64,000 bases of DNA from Octopus bimaculoides (lineage: Eukaryota): the NCBI RefSeq assembly GCF_001194135.2, contig NC_068984.1, positions 92,828,809 through 92,892,808 on the forward strand. The letters run 5' to 3'. Below the pieces are notes generated by a model. It saw only the letters and a list, made by a program, of their open reading frames with translations. It made no database searches and had not been told where the DNA came from. Below, piece after piece: positions 38,226 through 51,708 of the stretch (the first letter of the stretch is position 1; the number at the start of each line of letters is the position of its first letter). A program made the position numbers and the translations under genes.

Positions 38226-40949
38226 AAAAAAATACTATATATAATAAATACCTCATGGAAGATGTTATTTTAGTCATTTAAGAACACACAAAAACTGTTA
38301 TGTTCATTTTTTGTTATTTCAAAATGGTACAGTCTGTATTGAAGTTACAAAAGGTTTAATTTGGCCACTGATACATTTGTGTCAGTGATCAGAAGTGTGA
38401 TGAAACTATTTTATTTCAAAATCATTTAGAAACTATTTTGAGGGCTTCTCCTTTTAAGTAAAGGGCAGATTGTATCATTGTGTAGTGCTATATAGTAGTG
38501 AGGACTTGATCTTAAACAGAGAGGATTTGCAAAATCGATAAAAAATATGAGGTGAGCATCCTTTGCTAGATGTGTAATGTCAATGTGCATGAACAATACA
38601 GCATAAATAACATGAGAGTAAAGTCATGTATAAGGAATCATATGAAGTTTGCAAGAACACTGTATTGGTGTGGGCATGTGGTGTATATACGATAACAAAT
38701 GGCAATTGCATAAAATAGGTTGAATACTCAAAGTGGATGGTGCCAGTGGAAGAGGAAGACCTAGAATGACATGGTACAAAGTGATGAAAACTAATTTCAA
38801 GATTCTGAACTTCACAGAAAAGACAACAGTCTATGACATTTAGTGAAATGGTGAACTGGAGAAAACCTGCTCTCTCAAGCAACCATGGTAGAGAGAATGC
38901 TAACAAGGGGAATGTTGGTGGTTGGAATGCTCTTGTTGCATTTACTCACTGCTACCCTTGCTTCTCTGTTTCTCACTGGTTGCTTCCCACAACCTCTCAG
39001 CCTTGGGTGCTTTCACTGCATTCATTTGTTGCTCTTCCTCTTCACATCTATGGTACTCTCCAGCCTCTTTTTCTCCCAGTGCTTTTCTTCTTTCAATGTC
39101 CCCATCTCATAACTTTTCTGCTACCTCAGCACTTACTCATTTATTTATTTCTAGTCAACCCTCTCACAAATTCCCTTGCATTTCTTTTTCCTTTAATAAC
39201 CCTTTCCCCAAAGCTTTTCTTATTTCGTTTTCTTTCATGTTCCCCACGTCCTCATATTTACCCTTACAATGTAGGATAATGCTAGGCACCCTACACAACA
39301 GACCTCATCACTCTTACTATTCCATACTTCTCATTCTCACTGACCCTAAATACTAATTTCTTTCGTTTTCTCCAGTCTCTTTCATGCCTGTTACTCTTAC
39401 CTCTATCACTTCTCACAACAATAAATTTATTCCTCTTATCACCTCACCTAAAGTCAACAATCTCTCTTCTATTCTCCTTTTAGTGTTACAAGCTACAAAG
39501 TGAACTCACTAGTGTTAGTACATATAAAAAGACCCCAGTAAGGTCTGTAAAGTGGTTGGCATTAAGAAAGGGCATCCAGTCATAAAAACCATCCAAAAAA
39601 TCAGCCCTCCAGTTGGTCAGAGATTGTTAAACTGTCTAATTCCTGCCAGTATGGAAAGTGGACATAAAATGAAGATGATTGTATGTATGTGTGTGTGTGT
39701 GTATGTGTGCACCCCCCCCCTCCCACATATACATATATTTAGAGTAAAAATAGAAAAGCATAAATTTCAGGCAAAGTTCATATTGTAATTGAGTTCTCCA
39801 GTTGTTTCATTAGAATAAGCATCATTAAATGTATAATTAAATAATTGTGATACATAATTAATTCATTTAAATTANNNNNNNNNNNNNNNNNNNNNNNNNN
39901 NNNNNNNNNNNNNNNNNNNNNNNNNNNNNNNNNNNNNNNNNNNNNNNNNNNNNNNNNNNNNNNNNNNNNNNNNNNNNNNNNNNNNNNNNNNNNNNNNNNN
40001 NNNNNNNNNNNNNNNNNNNNNNNNNNNNNNNNNNNNNNNNNNNATTTCTGTAATTTCAACCAATCACTGACGTCCATTCAGCCGATATACATTAAGTGCC
40101 GACTACATAAACAAACGGTTAGGGTTAGGGTAAAACAGCAAATTTAAAAAGAAAAAAGCAAATAAAACGAAGAAAAAAAAAAGAAAATGAAAAAAGCAAA
40201 TTTAAAATGAAAAAAGAAGTTATGGAGATTAAATACACTTTACTTGGCTTAATCAGCCAAAGGAGTAAATGTAAACAACTGAATATTTGTCAGTGATTGG
40301 TTGAAATTATCGAAATAAGACAATTTTTTACATGAAATAAATTCGAATACAAAAATATTTTTCTGTTCTATAACACAAAATAGATAAGTATACGAAGTTT
40401 GAAAGTCTTTCGGTACCAAAAACACTACGTAAAACATTATGAAAAATGTGGCCCTTGTTTTAAAAAAGATCCGAAAATTGTTACTCAGTAATAGTGGTTT
40501 TCTGATTAACATCCCATAATATTCCTGATGATTTTTGGTAAACACAGCCTTTAACCTTAATTACTTAATTTTGTATTGTAATAAATAATTATAAATACTT
40601 CGTTTTTGAATTTGGTTAGGAAGATTCTTGATGTAAATTCATATGTTGAAACAAATCTTGTGTATTGAGAGGGTCAATAATAATAATAATAATACAAGTA
40701 CTGGTTCAATATTCTTTATTTTTAGTCAGTTGGTTAAATATGTAACCAACTAATATTTGTTTAATGTACTGGTTAAGCAATCAGTTGTTTGTTAGTCAAA
40801 ATTCATTCATTGCTGTTTGCCTTCTCAATGACTTACCTTTCTTTCCAAGGTCTGCTCTGAGTCAGTCCAAGAATTTGTCTTAAGCCTGTGTGCATGTATA
40901 TTTGTATGTGTGAATGTAGATGTATATTTGCTTAAGGGAGGAGGTAAGA

Positions 40950-41265
40950 GTGAGAGTAAATGGAAACAATGAAAACGATGAAAACAATAATAACAACAGC
41001 ACTCTAAACTCTTTTCTATAATCCCAATGATGCCTCATGAGATGACAAGGATTTACCCCCAAAACTTACCATTCAACAAAAGAGTATGCATCCCACCACA
41101 CATAGATGGTAAGACAGAGGCAAAAATGTCTATGTGAGCACTGAAGACCTCCTTAGTAGTGTCAATGAGTGTAATTGCTCCAATGACCTTGCAGGTTGTG
41201 GATAAACAAATCAACAAACATAGGCGGGTATTTCAGCTTTTCCAGTGTTTACACAATATATTTCA
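40950..41265 (+). mobile_element. Fragment of the PLE family at 47480-50620
   Basis: TTCAACAAAAGAGT.TGCATCCCACC is shared with 48420-48447. Confidence 0.65.
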
Positions 41266-41269
41266 TAAG

Positions 41270-41820
41270 ATCGACGAAAACTTGGTATAGAAGAAGTCTC
41301 TGTTCAATGCATTTCTCTTACAACTGTTTGATGCTAAAGATCATGTTGGTGGTACCTCTATCACAATGAAACTCTGGAACAATGATGGAACATATGTATG
41401 TCAGCAGCCAATTCAGTAAATGTTTTGAGAAATATCTTACCAACAGTAAGGAAATACCATGAAAATACCATAGCTGGACTTGGCACCATTTTCCTTGTAA
41501 AATGAAATCAGTATAGCAACTCTCTCCAATTCTGTGAACAATTCCATACGTGGACAATTAGTGTAGTCACAAGCAACTACATCCCCATCCTGCTTAATAA
41601 CTTCAACTGGTATACCATCAGTTCTGGGAGCAGGGTGGAGGCAAGGGTAATCTCTGAGCTGATCTGTTTAGTGGCAATTTTGACTTCAATGTTAAGATTA
41701 GTAACCATTTCTTCAATAATATGGTGCTGCAGTAGACATACTATGATTTTCTTATCTATTCTGGGTGGGTTGTTATAAAGGTCTGTGAAATGCTCTATCC
41801 ATCTCTTCAGCACTATTGGT
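41270..41820 (-). mobile_element. RTE LINE RT fragment
   Basis: GISLL...SIIVPEFHCDRGTTNMIFSIKQL. Confidence 0.75.
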
Positions 41821-42780
41821 TAAAGTTAAATCTTTGGAATAGAAAAGAGCAATTTTTGGTGGGTAAGGACAAAATATGTGTTTTAATGAGCTGAGTATTG
41901 TTTTGAAATCTTTGTCATTTGAATATCTACAGATGCATTCTTCATTGACCTCAGTTCTCTCTGTAAAGTTGGTTTGTGGGACTTAAAATAATTCCTCTAT
42001 CTTCAAATATTTGATGGGAAGAGGCTCAGATATTTCTGCATTATTTTCATTTTACCAATCTTTATGTTTGCATTTCACAAAACCCAAAATATGAATAGTA
42101 GTGGTACAAATGTTTTTTCTATTTTTTTAAAAGTCTAACTGTGAGCCGTCAGGAAATGAATTTGCTAGAATTTCATTTAAAAATAAATATTTGCGAGATC
42201 TCAGAGTTTGTCAACATTCAACTATTTCAAAACTTTTTTCCAAACTTTTTCCAACAAACAGCTTTAGCCATGCTCATAAAAGGTAGCGAGGCATCCAACA
42301 TGTAGCCACATGCAAAAGTAATGCTACGGAGATTACAAATGTCATGTTTACATATGACAAAGTCAATAAGATGACCCTGTTTCTACCAAGGATGTGTCTA
42401 AGTAACTTTATGTTTGGAGTCTTGGTGGAATAGTGTATTACCTATCAAAAGCCCCAGTTCAGAATAAAGCTTTTTACCTATGCTGAAGTATCCCAAGTTA
42501 GACTATGTATTACAGTCATAACCAACTATGACATTGAAGTCACCAGATAAAATGACTTGTTAGTAGTTAGTGTGGAAAGAATGACATTTCTAAGATTCTC
42601 ATAGAAAAGAGTTAGAGTTTCTTCCATTGAGTGAAGAATTGGTGCATACACAGAGGAGAAAGTCACATGGTCCCCACAAGACACTACTGCAATATTCAGA
42701 TAAATTGTTCATTTTTTTTTAGCAGTAATTTCTATTTAATAAGTATGGCTTCAACTCATTGAAGTGGTATCTAATCATCT

Positions 42781-43078
42781 TTTTTCTTTTACTTGTTTCA
42801 GTCATTAGACTGTGGCCTTGCTGGGGCACTGCCTTAAAGAATTTTTAGTCGAATGAATCAACCGCTGTACTTAATTTTTTAAGCCTGATACTTATTGTAT
42901 CAGTCTCAATTGCCAAACTGTTAAGTTATGGGGATGTAAACACACCAACACACCAATACTGGCTGTCAAGTAGTGGTGGGAAACAGACACACACACACAC
43001 ACACGCGCACACACACACACACACACTCATATATATGACAGGCTTCTTTCAGTTTCTGTTTACCAAAATTCACTCATG
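42781..43078 (-). mobile_element. 5'-truncated SINE
   Basis: Tail and (TG)n body shared with the other copies. Confidence 0.8.
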
Positions 43079-43479
43079 AATTGCAAGAAATGAATATATG
43101 AATGAAACCAAAATTTTTTGTTTGAAAAATAAACATATGTAAATAAAAACATTACAACTTACTTTCCTCACTTAGTATGATGATGAGTCCCACAAGTCAT
43201 CAAGTGATCGAGGAACCACAGAAAACCATCTTCATATAGTATCTAGTGCAGAACCTATTTCTCTCCAAGTTAATGAAACATTCATCAATTTTTCAGTACT
43301 ACATACAGCAAGATTTTCATACCGCTTAGTACCTATTTTCAGCCAGATGGACTGAACTGTTTTGGGAGTCAAGTGATTTGATCAAATATAGTGCACAGTA
43401 AGCTGGTAGTCTAACATTCTAGCAACTTGGACTTTCAAACACTACTGATTATGATGCACAGAAATTGATAATGTCTTAC

Positions 43480-43602
43480 TCTATGATACCATGGCATATT
43501 AACGAAATGCAACAATGGCATTCCTTCATCACTCATAGCAGCCAACCAACCACATGATCCATAATATTTTGGGAAAGCCCAGCCATTGGAAGATGGGAAC
43601 AT
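43480..43602 (-). CDS. DIPK2A: DIPK2A coding exon 2 (41 aa, MFPSSNGWAFPKYYGSCGWLAAMSDEGMPLLHFVNMPWYHR); not in the ORF track
   Basis: Manual translation. Acceptor TTTCATTTCAG|ATG, donor AGA|GTAAGAC, 123 nt, phase 0/0. Matches the family segment FPSDEGWPFAKYLGACGR...APWEKR. Confidence 0.95.
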
Positions 43603-43858
43603 CTGAAATGAAATTTAAAAAACTGTTATAATGTAATTGATATGAAATTGAGAGGGATCTGATTAGTATTCATTAAATAGCCTAAACAGAGAACTAGAAA
43701 ACAAAATCTTGTAGATGAAATCTATGGAAGGTGTAACAACAACAAAACACTCATATACAAGTTTTAGATTATTATTTTTTATTATCACTAGCAGAATATT
43801 TGGTATTGCCCATGCTAGACAGTAGGTATAAAATGGTTGAGAACTCTTAATGAAAGTA

Positions 43859-45124
43859 TTGGGTCATCCCATAAATAATGCGGTTTTTTCAATTGCATGA
43901 ACTAAAAGTCGGAGGGGAGTGGCTTAAACTACCTGCATGAACTTGCAATAAAAGCAGGCAGTAATTTTACCTTGTCCTTATTCTCAGTGCAAGTTTTGAA
44001 GAGTGTAGTTCGATTCTAACAGTTATTTTTTCAAAGTTATAATGGAAGTGACAACGGAGCATATTTGACATATTTTGCTTTATAAAGGCAGCAACGCAAT
44101 GGAAAGTGTGAGGAATATTAATGCAGCATATGGAGATCAGACAACAAACATAAGTCAGTGTCAATGATAATTCCAGAAATTCCAATCTGGAAATTACAAC
44201 CTAGAAGATGAGCCTTGTCCTGGAAGATCTGTAGAGCTCGATGAGAATGTCCTGCAAACCCTGGTGGAACAAAATCCTATCGTAGTTGTTGAAGAACTAG
44301 TAGAGAAGCTTGGATTTGGTCATTCAACCATTAATTGACAGCTGCATGCTATTGGAAAAGTCAGCAAATTGGGTCAATGGATTCCTCACAAACTTTCCGA
44401 GTCTAATCGCATGCAGAGAATGAATGTGTGCTCTTCTTTGCTGTTACATCTCAAGAATGAACCTTTTTTTGGACCGAATAGTGACTGGTGACAAAAAATA
44501 GATTCTCTATAAAAATGTCAAGCTCCGAAGACAGTGGGTAGAGAAATGAGAAACACTAGCATCCCAGGCTAAAGAAGGTCTTTACCCATGCAAGGTGTTA
44601 TTATTTGTTTGGTGGGATATGAAAGGTTTAGTCCACTTTGAACTTTTAAACCCAAACCAAATGATAACAAAGATCTACTGTGAGTAGCTTGAGTCAGCAC
44701 TAGAAGAAAGACAACCATCTTTGGTTTCAAGATGAAAGGTGTTCTTCCATCAGGACAATGCTTGGCCACATACGGCAAGAATGATATTCCAAAGGCTGGA
44801 GTAGTTTAAGTGGGAAGCGATGCTCCACCCACCATATTCGCTGGGAATTGCTCCATCTGATTATTATTTATTTTGCAGTATTCAAAATTATTTGGATAGA
44901 AAAAATATGAATTCTATAGACGAGGTCAGAACAGTACTGGAGGAGTACTTTTCATCACACACAAGTGAATCTTGGAAGAGGGGCCTTGCAAGTCTATCAG
45001 ACAGATGGAAGAGCATTGTAGACAATGAAGGAGAGTATATTTTAGATTAAAAAAGAGCTTTGTTTATCTTAATTTTGAGAAATAAAAGATGTATAAAAAC
45101 CACATTATTTATAGGATGACCCAA
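43859..45124 (+). mobile_element. Full-length but decayed mariner transposon (1266 bp)
   Basis: TIRs TTGGGTCATCCCATAAATAATG / CATTATTTATAGGATGACCCAA, TA flanks, and WIPHKL, IVTGD, HQDNA and HPPYSLGIAPSDYYLF motifs with stops. Confidence 0.95.
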
Positions 45125-45949
45125 TATATATANNNNNNNNNNNNNNNNNNNNNNNNNNNNNNNNNNNNNNNNNNNNNNNNNNNNNNNNNNNNNNNNNNNN
45201 NNNNNNNNNNNNNNNNNNNNNNNNNNNNNNNNNNNNNNNNNNNNNNNNNNNNNNNNNNNNNNNNNNATATATATATATATATATATATACTGTTCTTTCC
45301 CCTATCGTTTTCTCTCTCATCCTTTTTTTCCCCTTCACCATTTTCTGTCTGTCTCTCTCCCTCCCTCCCTCCTTCTCCTTTACTCTCCTTTTCGTTGCTT
45401 ACACGTGATAATCATCCAGTTTTCTTTACCTCACGTGATCGTCTTTCTTTTCCTTCAGGGCTGTTGTAGAGACTGTACATATCCTCAACATTTCTCCAGC
45501 ATTCGCTACTTTACATACATCTGGTCTAATGACCCTCCATGTTTGTTTCCATGTGTCTCCACTGTTGTTCCCAACTTTGACACTCCGCAAATCCCAATTT
45601 TATTTTGGTTTTTGCGGGAACAACTGCCTTTGAAGACTCATATTGTCGTTCAATGCTTGAAATGAGGAGTGGATGGACAGCTGACAACTGATGAAGGGTC
45701 GTTCTTTCTGTTACTTGTCCTGCTTTTTATTTGTTTCTCTCGTTGTTTGCATACTCAACTCATTTGTTTTCGTATATCATGTTGTTTACAGTTTATGATG
45801 TCCTGTACCCATATATGCATATATATGTGTGTGTGTGTGTACATATATGTATGCATATATGCACATATATATATATATGTATGTATGTATATATGTACAT
45901 ATATGTATGTATATATGCACACACACACATATATTATATATAAATAATT

Positions 45950-47470
45950 TGGGAAAACAAATTTCCAAATCAATCAGGTACAACTCTGCAACATTATATG
46001 CATTTACATATCACACCTTGGGGTCTTATTTATTGTATATTCATATATTTATCTATAAATATACAAAGTATCTGATAAAAGTCAATATTAATTCAATTTT
46101 GGGGGATTTATCAATATGCGGATATTCTATTTCAGATAATACAAAATATAACCCAATGAGTATATCTGAAAATAAACTCATGGTATCACGAAATAATACT
46201 TAAAGGATATAACCAAAATTACCAGCAGGGTATATAATATACTTCATTAATTATCTCCTACTTTAGTTAATACTTATATTTATTAAATATGAAGGAACTA
46301 CACGTGTTTCAGTATTGGAAGATTACAATATATATACATATACACAACTGTATACATATATAAATATATATATGCAATTATCAGATTCACAATTATTCCA
46401 ACACATCTTCAGGTTCTATTTCAAAATATTATATATCTAATTTTACATCTCTTTAAAAAAAGCAATACAATTAAGCATTAAAAATTATAAATTATACATT
46501 ATAAATATGAATTATTATATATATCAATCATGTAAAATCAAGTATATGTCAAATACAGAATGTGAGATACAAGATTAAACATCAGAATAAAAATGTCTGT
46601 GTTTAAATGTGATATATAACAAGAAAAATTCAAATACATATCTTCCTTTTTTTTGCTGGGACTAAAATGGTGATTAGAGGAAGAAGATAGCAGGGAACTA
46701 TGGGTATTTATAGGTGATTAGTACCAAGGAAGGTAATTACGCTATACATAGTTTTAATTTTAAATTACCCTCTATTATTATTTTCAAATTTACATACATT
46801 GGGAGGTATATATGATTTGTTATTATATAATTTTAGTAATATTTAATTCATATATTTATCTTATTTAAATTATTGCATTATTATTATTTAAAAAAATAAA
46901 TCTAACAGTAAAAATATGAATAAAAATAATAAAAGACAATATAACAAACTAAATAAAGATAAAAATAATATAGTTGCTAATAATGATTGCAATAATAATA
47001 GTAATATTGATAATAAGAATATGAGCAATAGTAAGAAATATAGTAAAGTATACAAAAAGAGATATAATATACCTAAGAATAACAATTTAATACTGATGAT
47101 GTCTACTAATAATGATAATATAAAAAATAAAAAAAATAAAAAGGATATTATATGGTTAATTATTCCATATGGGGCTCAAGCTTTGACTAATATTATTAAG
47201 GAGACACTTAAAATAGTAAAAATGGTTTTTAAAAATGACATTTCCAATAAAACCATAAGAGTGGGATACTCAACATTCGAGAAATGTAGGCAATATTATT
47301 TCCTCTATAAATAATAAGAAATTAAATAATTATTAAAATAGTATAATAAATAATAGCTCTAGCCATAATATAATCGATAGTGATAGAAGTCTTAATCAAC
47401 ATATAGCAAAATATTCATGTCGTGATAAGACTAAATGTAAGCTCTCTAATAATTGTAATATCGATAATGT
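45950..47470 (+). mobile_element. Very AT-rich, degenerate Hydra-like PLE remnant
   Basis: GIYR.D-like remnant near 46700 and WLIIPY...IRVGYST near 47150-47280. Confidence 0.45.
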
Positions 47471-47479
47471 AATTTATAA

Positions 47480-50400
47480 ATGTATAGTTAGCTCTAAGAA
47501 CAATAATAATAAAATTATATTTCGTATGTGTATTTGGTGTGCAAGATTCTTGATGTGAACACTAAGGCACACACTACTGGTCAACACCAAAAAGAGAATA
47601 TACAAAGAAATTAGCCAGTGCCAAAAGAGAAAAAGGTTCTTACAACAAAACCTCAGGAACATGATAACACCATATGAGGAGTCAAAACTTGTAGAGATCA
47701 TCCATCAGAAATATAACTATATAAACCGAGCCTGTAACAAACACTTCAGCAACAAATTGAAATGGATGAGACAACGACAATCACAACACACAGGAAACAA
47801 AGACAGATACCTGAATAACATCGACGGGATTGTGATGTCGGACAGCAAACTACCGGGGAGGTACAACGCCATCACAAATGAAAATGATCACACACCTGGA
47901 ATGTATGGCGCGGTACTACTGGATAAAAATGAAACGTGTGCCCTGGGATTACCACCGAAATATGCAGTGTATAACAAGGTCAGTAAGATCAATTGTCTGT
48001 CCGAGATTGGAAAAACATTTACTAAGATTAGATAGAGTTTAGGACTCCACCACTACAGCAACAACTCAATTGTAAGAAACCACGACAGTAATAGACATAA
48101 TATTCACAATGCAACCAACAGTAACAACGGCAATGACAACAGCAACTACACCACCACCACCACCAACAACAATAATGATTACACTGCCACCACCAGCAAC
48201 AGCAATAGCAACCACACCAACAACGCCGTACACACCAGGAACAGCAACAACAACAACAACGTCCGTCACAATAACAACAACAACGATGACAATGACGGCA
48301 ACAACAACAGCCACACATACAATGATAACAACAATGGCAACAACAACACCTTAGAAAATCTTTTATAACCCAATTGACAAATCCTATGATATGACCCGAA
48401 TCCATCCAACGGATTTACCTTTCAACAAAAGAGTGTGCATCCCACCTTATACGGATGATAAAACAGAAGCCATGATCTCTTTAGCTAGAAGCAGACTCAG
48501 GAAAACATTAAGACGTTATATAACAACTGCCCCAACACGAAACGAAATAGAGGCCCACCAACTCAGTACAGTAGCTGCAATGGGCATACGAAAACTAAAA
48601 CGTAGAGTTAGAAACAATGAGATAGTATGCCTCCCTACAGACAAATCAGGCAAGATATCGGTAGACAGCCTGAAAAACTACACCCATACGATGCAAAAAC
48701 ACATAGAAGATATGAGAGAAGTCACACCGCAGGAATATGAAAACGTAGAGAAAATTCTCAATGCACACATGGGAATGTGGTGTAACATACTCCAACCTAA
48801 GAGATGCACAGCACAGAACTTCACATCACCCAACAACGACATTCCTACACTCTATGGGTTATGAAAAGACCATAAACTCATTGCAGACCCTATCGTGGGC
48901 TCCCCATGCCGACTGATTTGTGGTGCCAATATTGCCAGCAATTTTAGGCTGTCATTCTTCTTCTCGCAGGTATTAAGACCATACATAGAGATGTCTCCTG
49001 ATGTTTGTGAAAGCACAGAGGACCTCCTCAGCAGAGTCAATGCATGTAACTGCTCCCATGACCTGACAGGTTGTATTATAGGCAGTATGGATGTAGTATC
49101 TCTCTATCCATCCATCAACATTGACTTTGCCATAGAAAGATGTGTGGAAATTATTTTGGAAAGCAAAGTAACCTTCCATGAAGTGAACATGAGGGAACTA
49201 GGTCTCCTCCTAAAGCTCGTTTATAATAATGAATACTTAGATCACCACGACCTAACTAGATTCTGCCCCACCAGGTCAGGACGGGGTAGACCACCTACGA
49301 TCACATCAGCTACTAGAAAAACCACCGTGGAGCATTGGAATGGATGGAATACACCCACACACGGCCCAGAGGATGATATCCAAACACGAAAAATGGTTGC
49401 ACACGCTGTAGGTGCAAGTCTGAAGACCACCCTGCAGAACCATATAATTAAATTCAATGAAAAACTATACATACAGGTCCAGGGAGCGGCTATTGGTGTC
49501 AGTGTTGCAGGGGACGTGGCGAGCCTATTCATGATCTGGTGGGACAAAAAGCTAAGAAAAGTTCGAGGAGCACTTAATAACAATTAAACTGTATGGGAGA
49601 TATGTGGATGACATTAACATCGTAGTCAAAACACCATCAAACAATCAAATTGAAGAGAACGAGAAGATCGTGATGGAAAACATCCAGAATATAGCTAATG
49701 CAATACACCAGAGCATCAAGGTAACAATAGATTACCCAACAAGACACCTAAACAAGAGACTCCCGGTACTTGACACAGAACAATTAACGACAAAGTTCAA
49801 ATCCTCCACTCACATTATATGAAACTTATATCTTCAAAGTATGTTATCCATAAGAATTCAGCTCTATCACACAGCGTGAAAATTAATATATTAATAGCCG
49901 ATATAGTCAGAATAATGAGAAACATATCACCCCTGTGCAGTCCTTTCATGTATCACATGCAGTTTTGGGGATACAGCCAGAAAGATAGGATCCATGTGTA
50001 CAGAGGAGCTAGCAAGAAATTTGAGGAGATTGCTGTCAAAGATACAGAGGGAACACAACCTAGGTACCGTAATAAACAGTGGAATCGACTACAAAGAATT
50101 AGTGGTAAAACAAACAGAAAGAACACGTGGTACAATACCGACAAGTTCCAAGGAGTAATGTTTATAGATGCCACACCACACGGAGAACTGGCCTGCAGAT
50201 TTAGAAAAATCCTCAAAAGTACTAAATTGAAGATAAATGTCATAGAAAAACCAGGGAGACCCATTAGGCCGATAATATGCAAAACATACCCCTTCAGAAG
50301 GACAAGGTGTGTAGAAGAGAATTGCATTGTGTGCAAATATAGTCCTGGTATCAACTTCAAAGCCAGAAATGTGGTCTACAAAATAAGCTGTATGGATGGT

Positions 50401-50620
50401 GATTGTAAAAACGGAAACATGGCGAGAAGTTTGGCTGAGCATGTAAATGAACACTGGAGGGACTATAAGAATCACAAACAAACTTCGGTGCTCTACCAGC
50501 ATGCCAAAGAACAACATGGTGGTGTACTGGACCGAATTAGCATAGAAATCCTGTCTAGAGACTCCGGTGACGCATCGTTACGGCAAATACAAGAGTCAGT
50601 CCTCATAACTGAAACATGAC
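47480..50620 (+). mobile_element. Near full-length PLE (RT and GIY-YIG), pseudogenised
   Basis: CLPTDKSGK, IPTLYGL, GSMDVVSLYPSI, QGAAIG, YVDD, ARNVVYKISC, SLAEHVNEH and SVLYQHAKEQH across overlapping ORFs. Confidence 0.92.
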
Positions 50621-51708
50621 CAATTTTGAACAGCAAATACACTTGGATAAAAGCCTTACAATTACCCATGGTTGCAGACGTTGTTCACACATGAAATACA
50701 GAACATGAACGTAAAAAGGATAAAAAGGATGCATTTACGAAGAAAACAGAAAATAACAGAGAGAAAACCAAAAGCAAGTCCAAAGTCTCTATCTTATGTG
50801 ATATGAATGAAATTTAACAAACACACATATGGACGCACATGCTTACATATAAGTACGCACACACTCACATGCTCATACTGGACAATTTCAAAACAACGCT
50901 ATATCATACACTCAAAATAAATGGAAGTGGAGAGACAAGTTACTGAAGAGATTGCAAGAGTGCAATGAAATGATTTAACAAAAAAAAAAAAAAAAAAAAA
51001 AAAAANNNNNNNNNNNNNNNNNNNNNNNNNNNNNNNNNNNNNNNNNNNNNNNNNNNNNNNNNNNNNNNNNNNNNNNNNNNNNNNNNNNNNNNNNNNNNNN
51101 NNNNNNNNNNNNNNNNNNNNNNNNNNNNNNNNNNNNNNNNNNNNNNNNNNNNNNNNNNNNNNNNNNNNNNNNNNNNNNNNNNNNNNNNNNNNNNNNNNNN
51201 NNNNNNNNNNNNNNNNTATATATATATATATATATATGTATATGTATATATATATGTGTGTGTGTGTATATATGCATATGTATATATATAATGAAGAAAT
51301 AAGTGATATAGGTATCCACTTTATACAGCTCAACCGATTAGTGCTCTGATAGAACTTCAGGAATATGAAATTAAGAAGAGGAGAAAACAAATTTAAAGGC
51401 CGATGTATATATTCATTCAATCCATATTAACAAAATTCTCCATGGTATACAAAGTACAAACATAGATGCATTCATCTATATGATATATAAAAAATATTTA
51501 AGAATTTATAAATACATACATATACATGAAAATTTATAAATATATAAAAATATAAAAATTCATACACATGAAAATTTACAAACACATAAAAGTTCAAAAA
51601 TTTAAATATATAAGAAGTGTAAGTCCATAAATGTACCTGTGAAGTCTGAATAAAAAGGATGATAAGACGGATGTAAAGTGATTCATAAGGAGTCTGAAAC
51701 TTATTTTA

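Noticed and set aside
40119-40130. (TTAGGG)2 as an interstitial telomere
   Set aside because: Only two units; more plausibly part of a dispersed repeat.
48028-48405. Thr-rich, Cys-rich and Val-rich ORFs resembling mucin or metallothionein
   Set aside because: Translations of a degenerate trinucleotide repeat inside a PLE.
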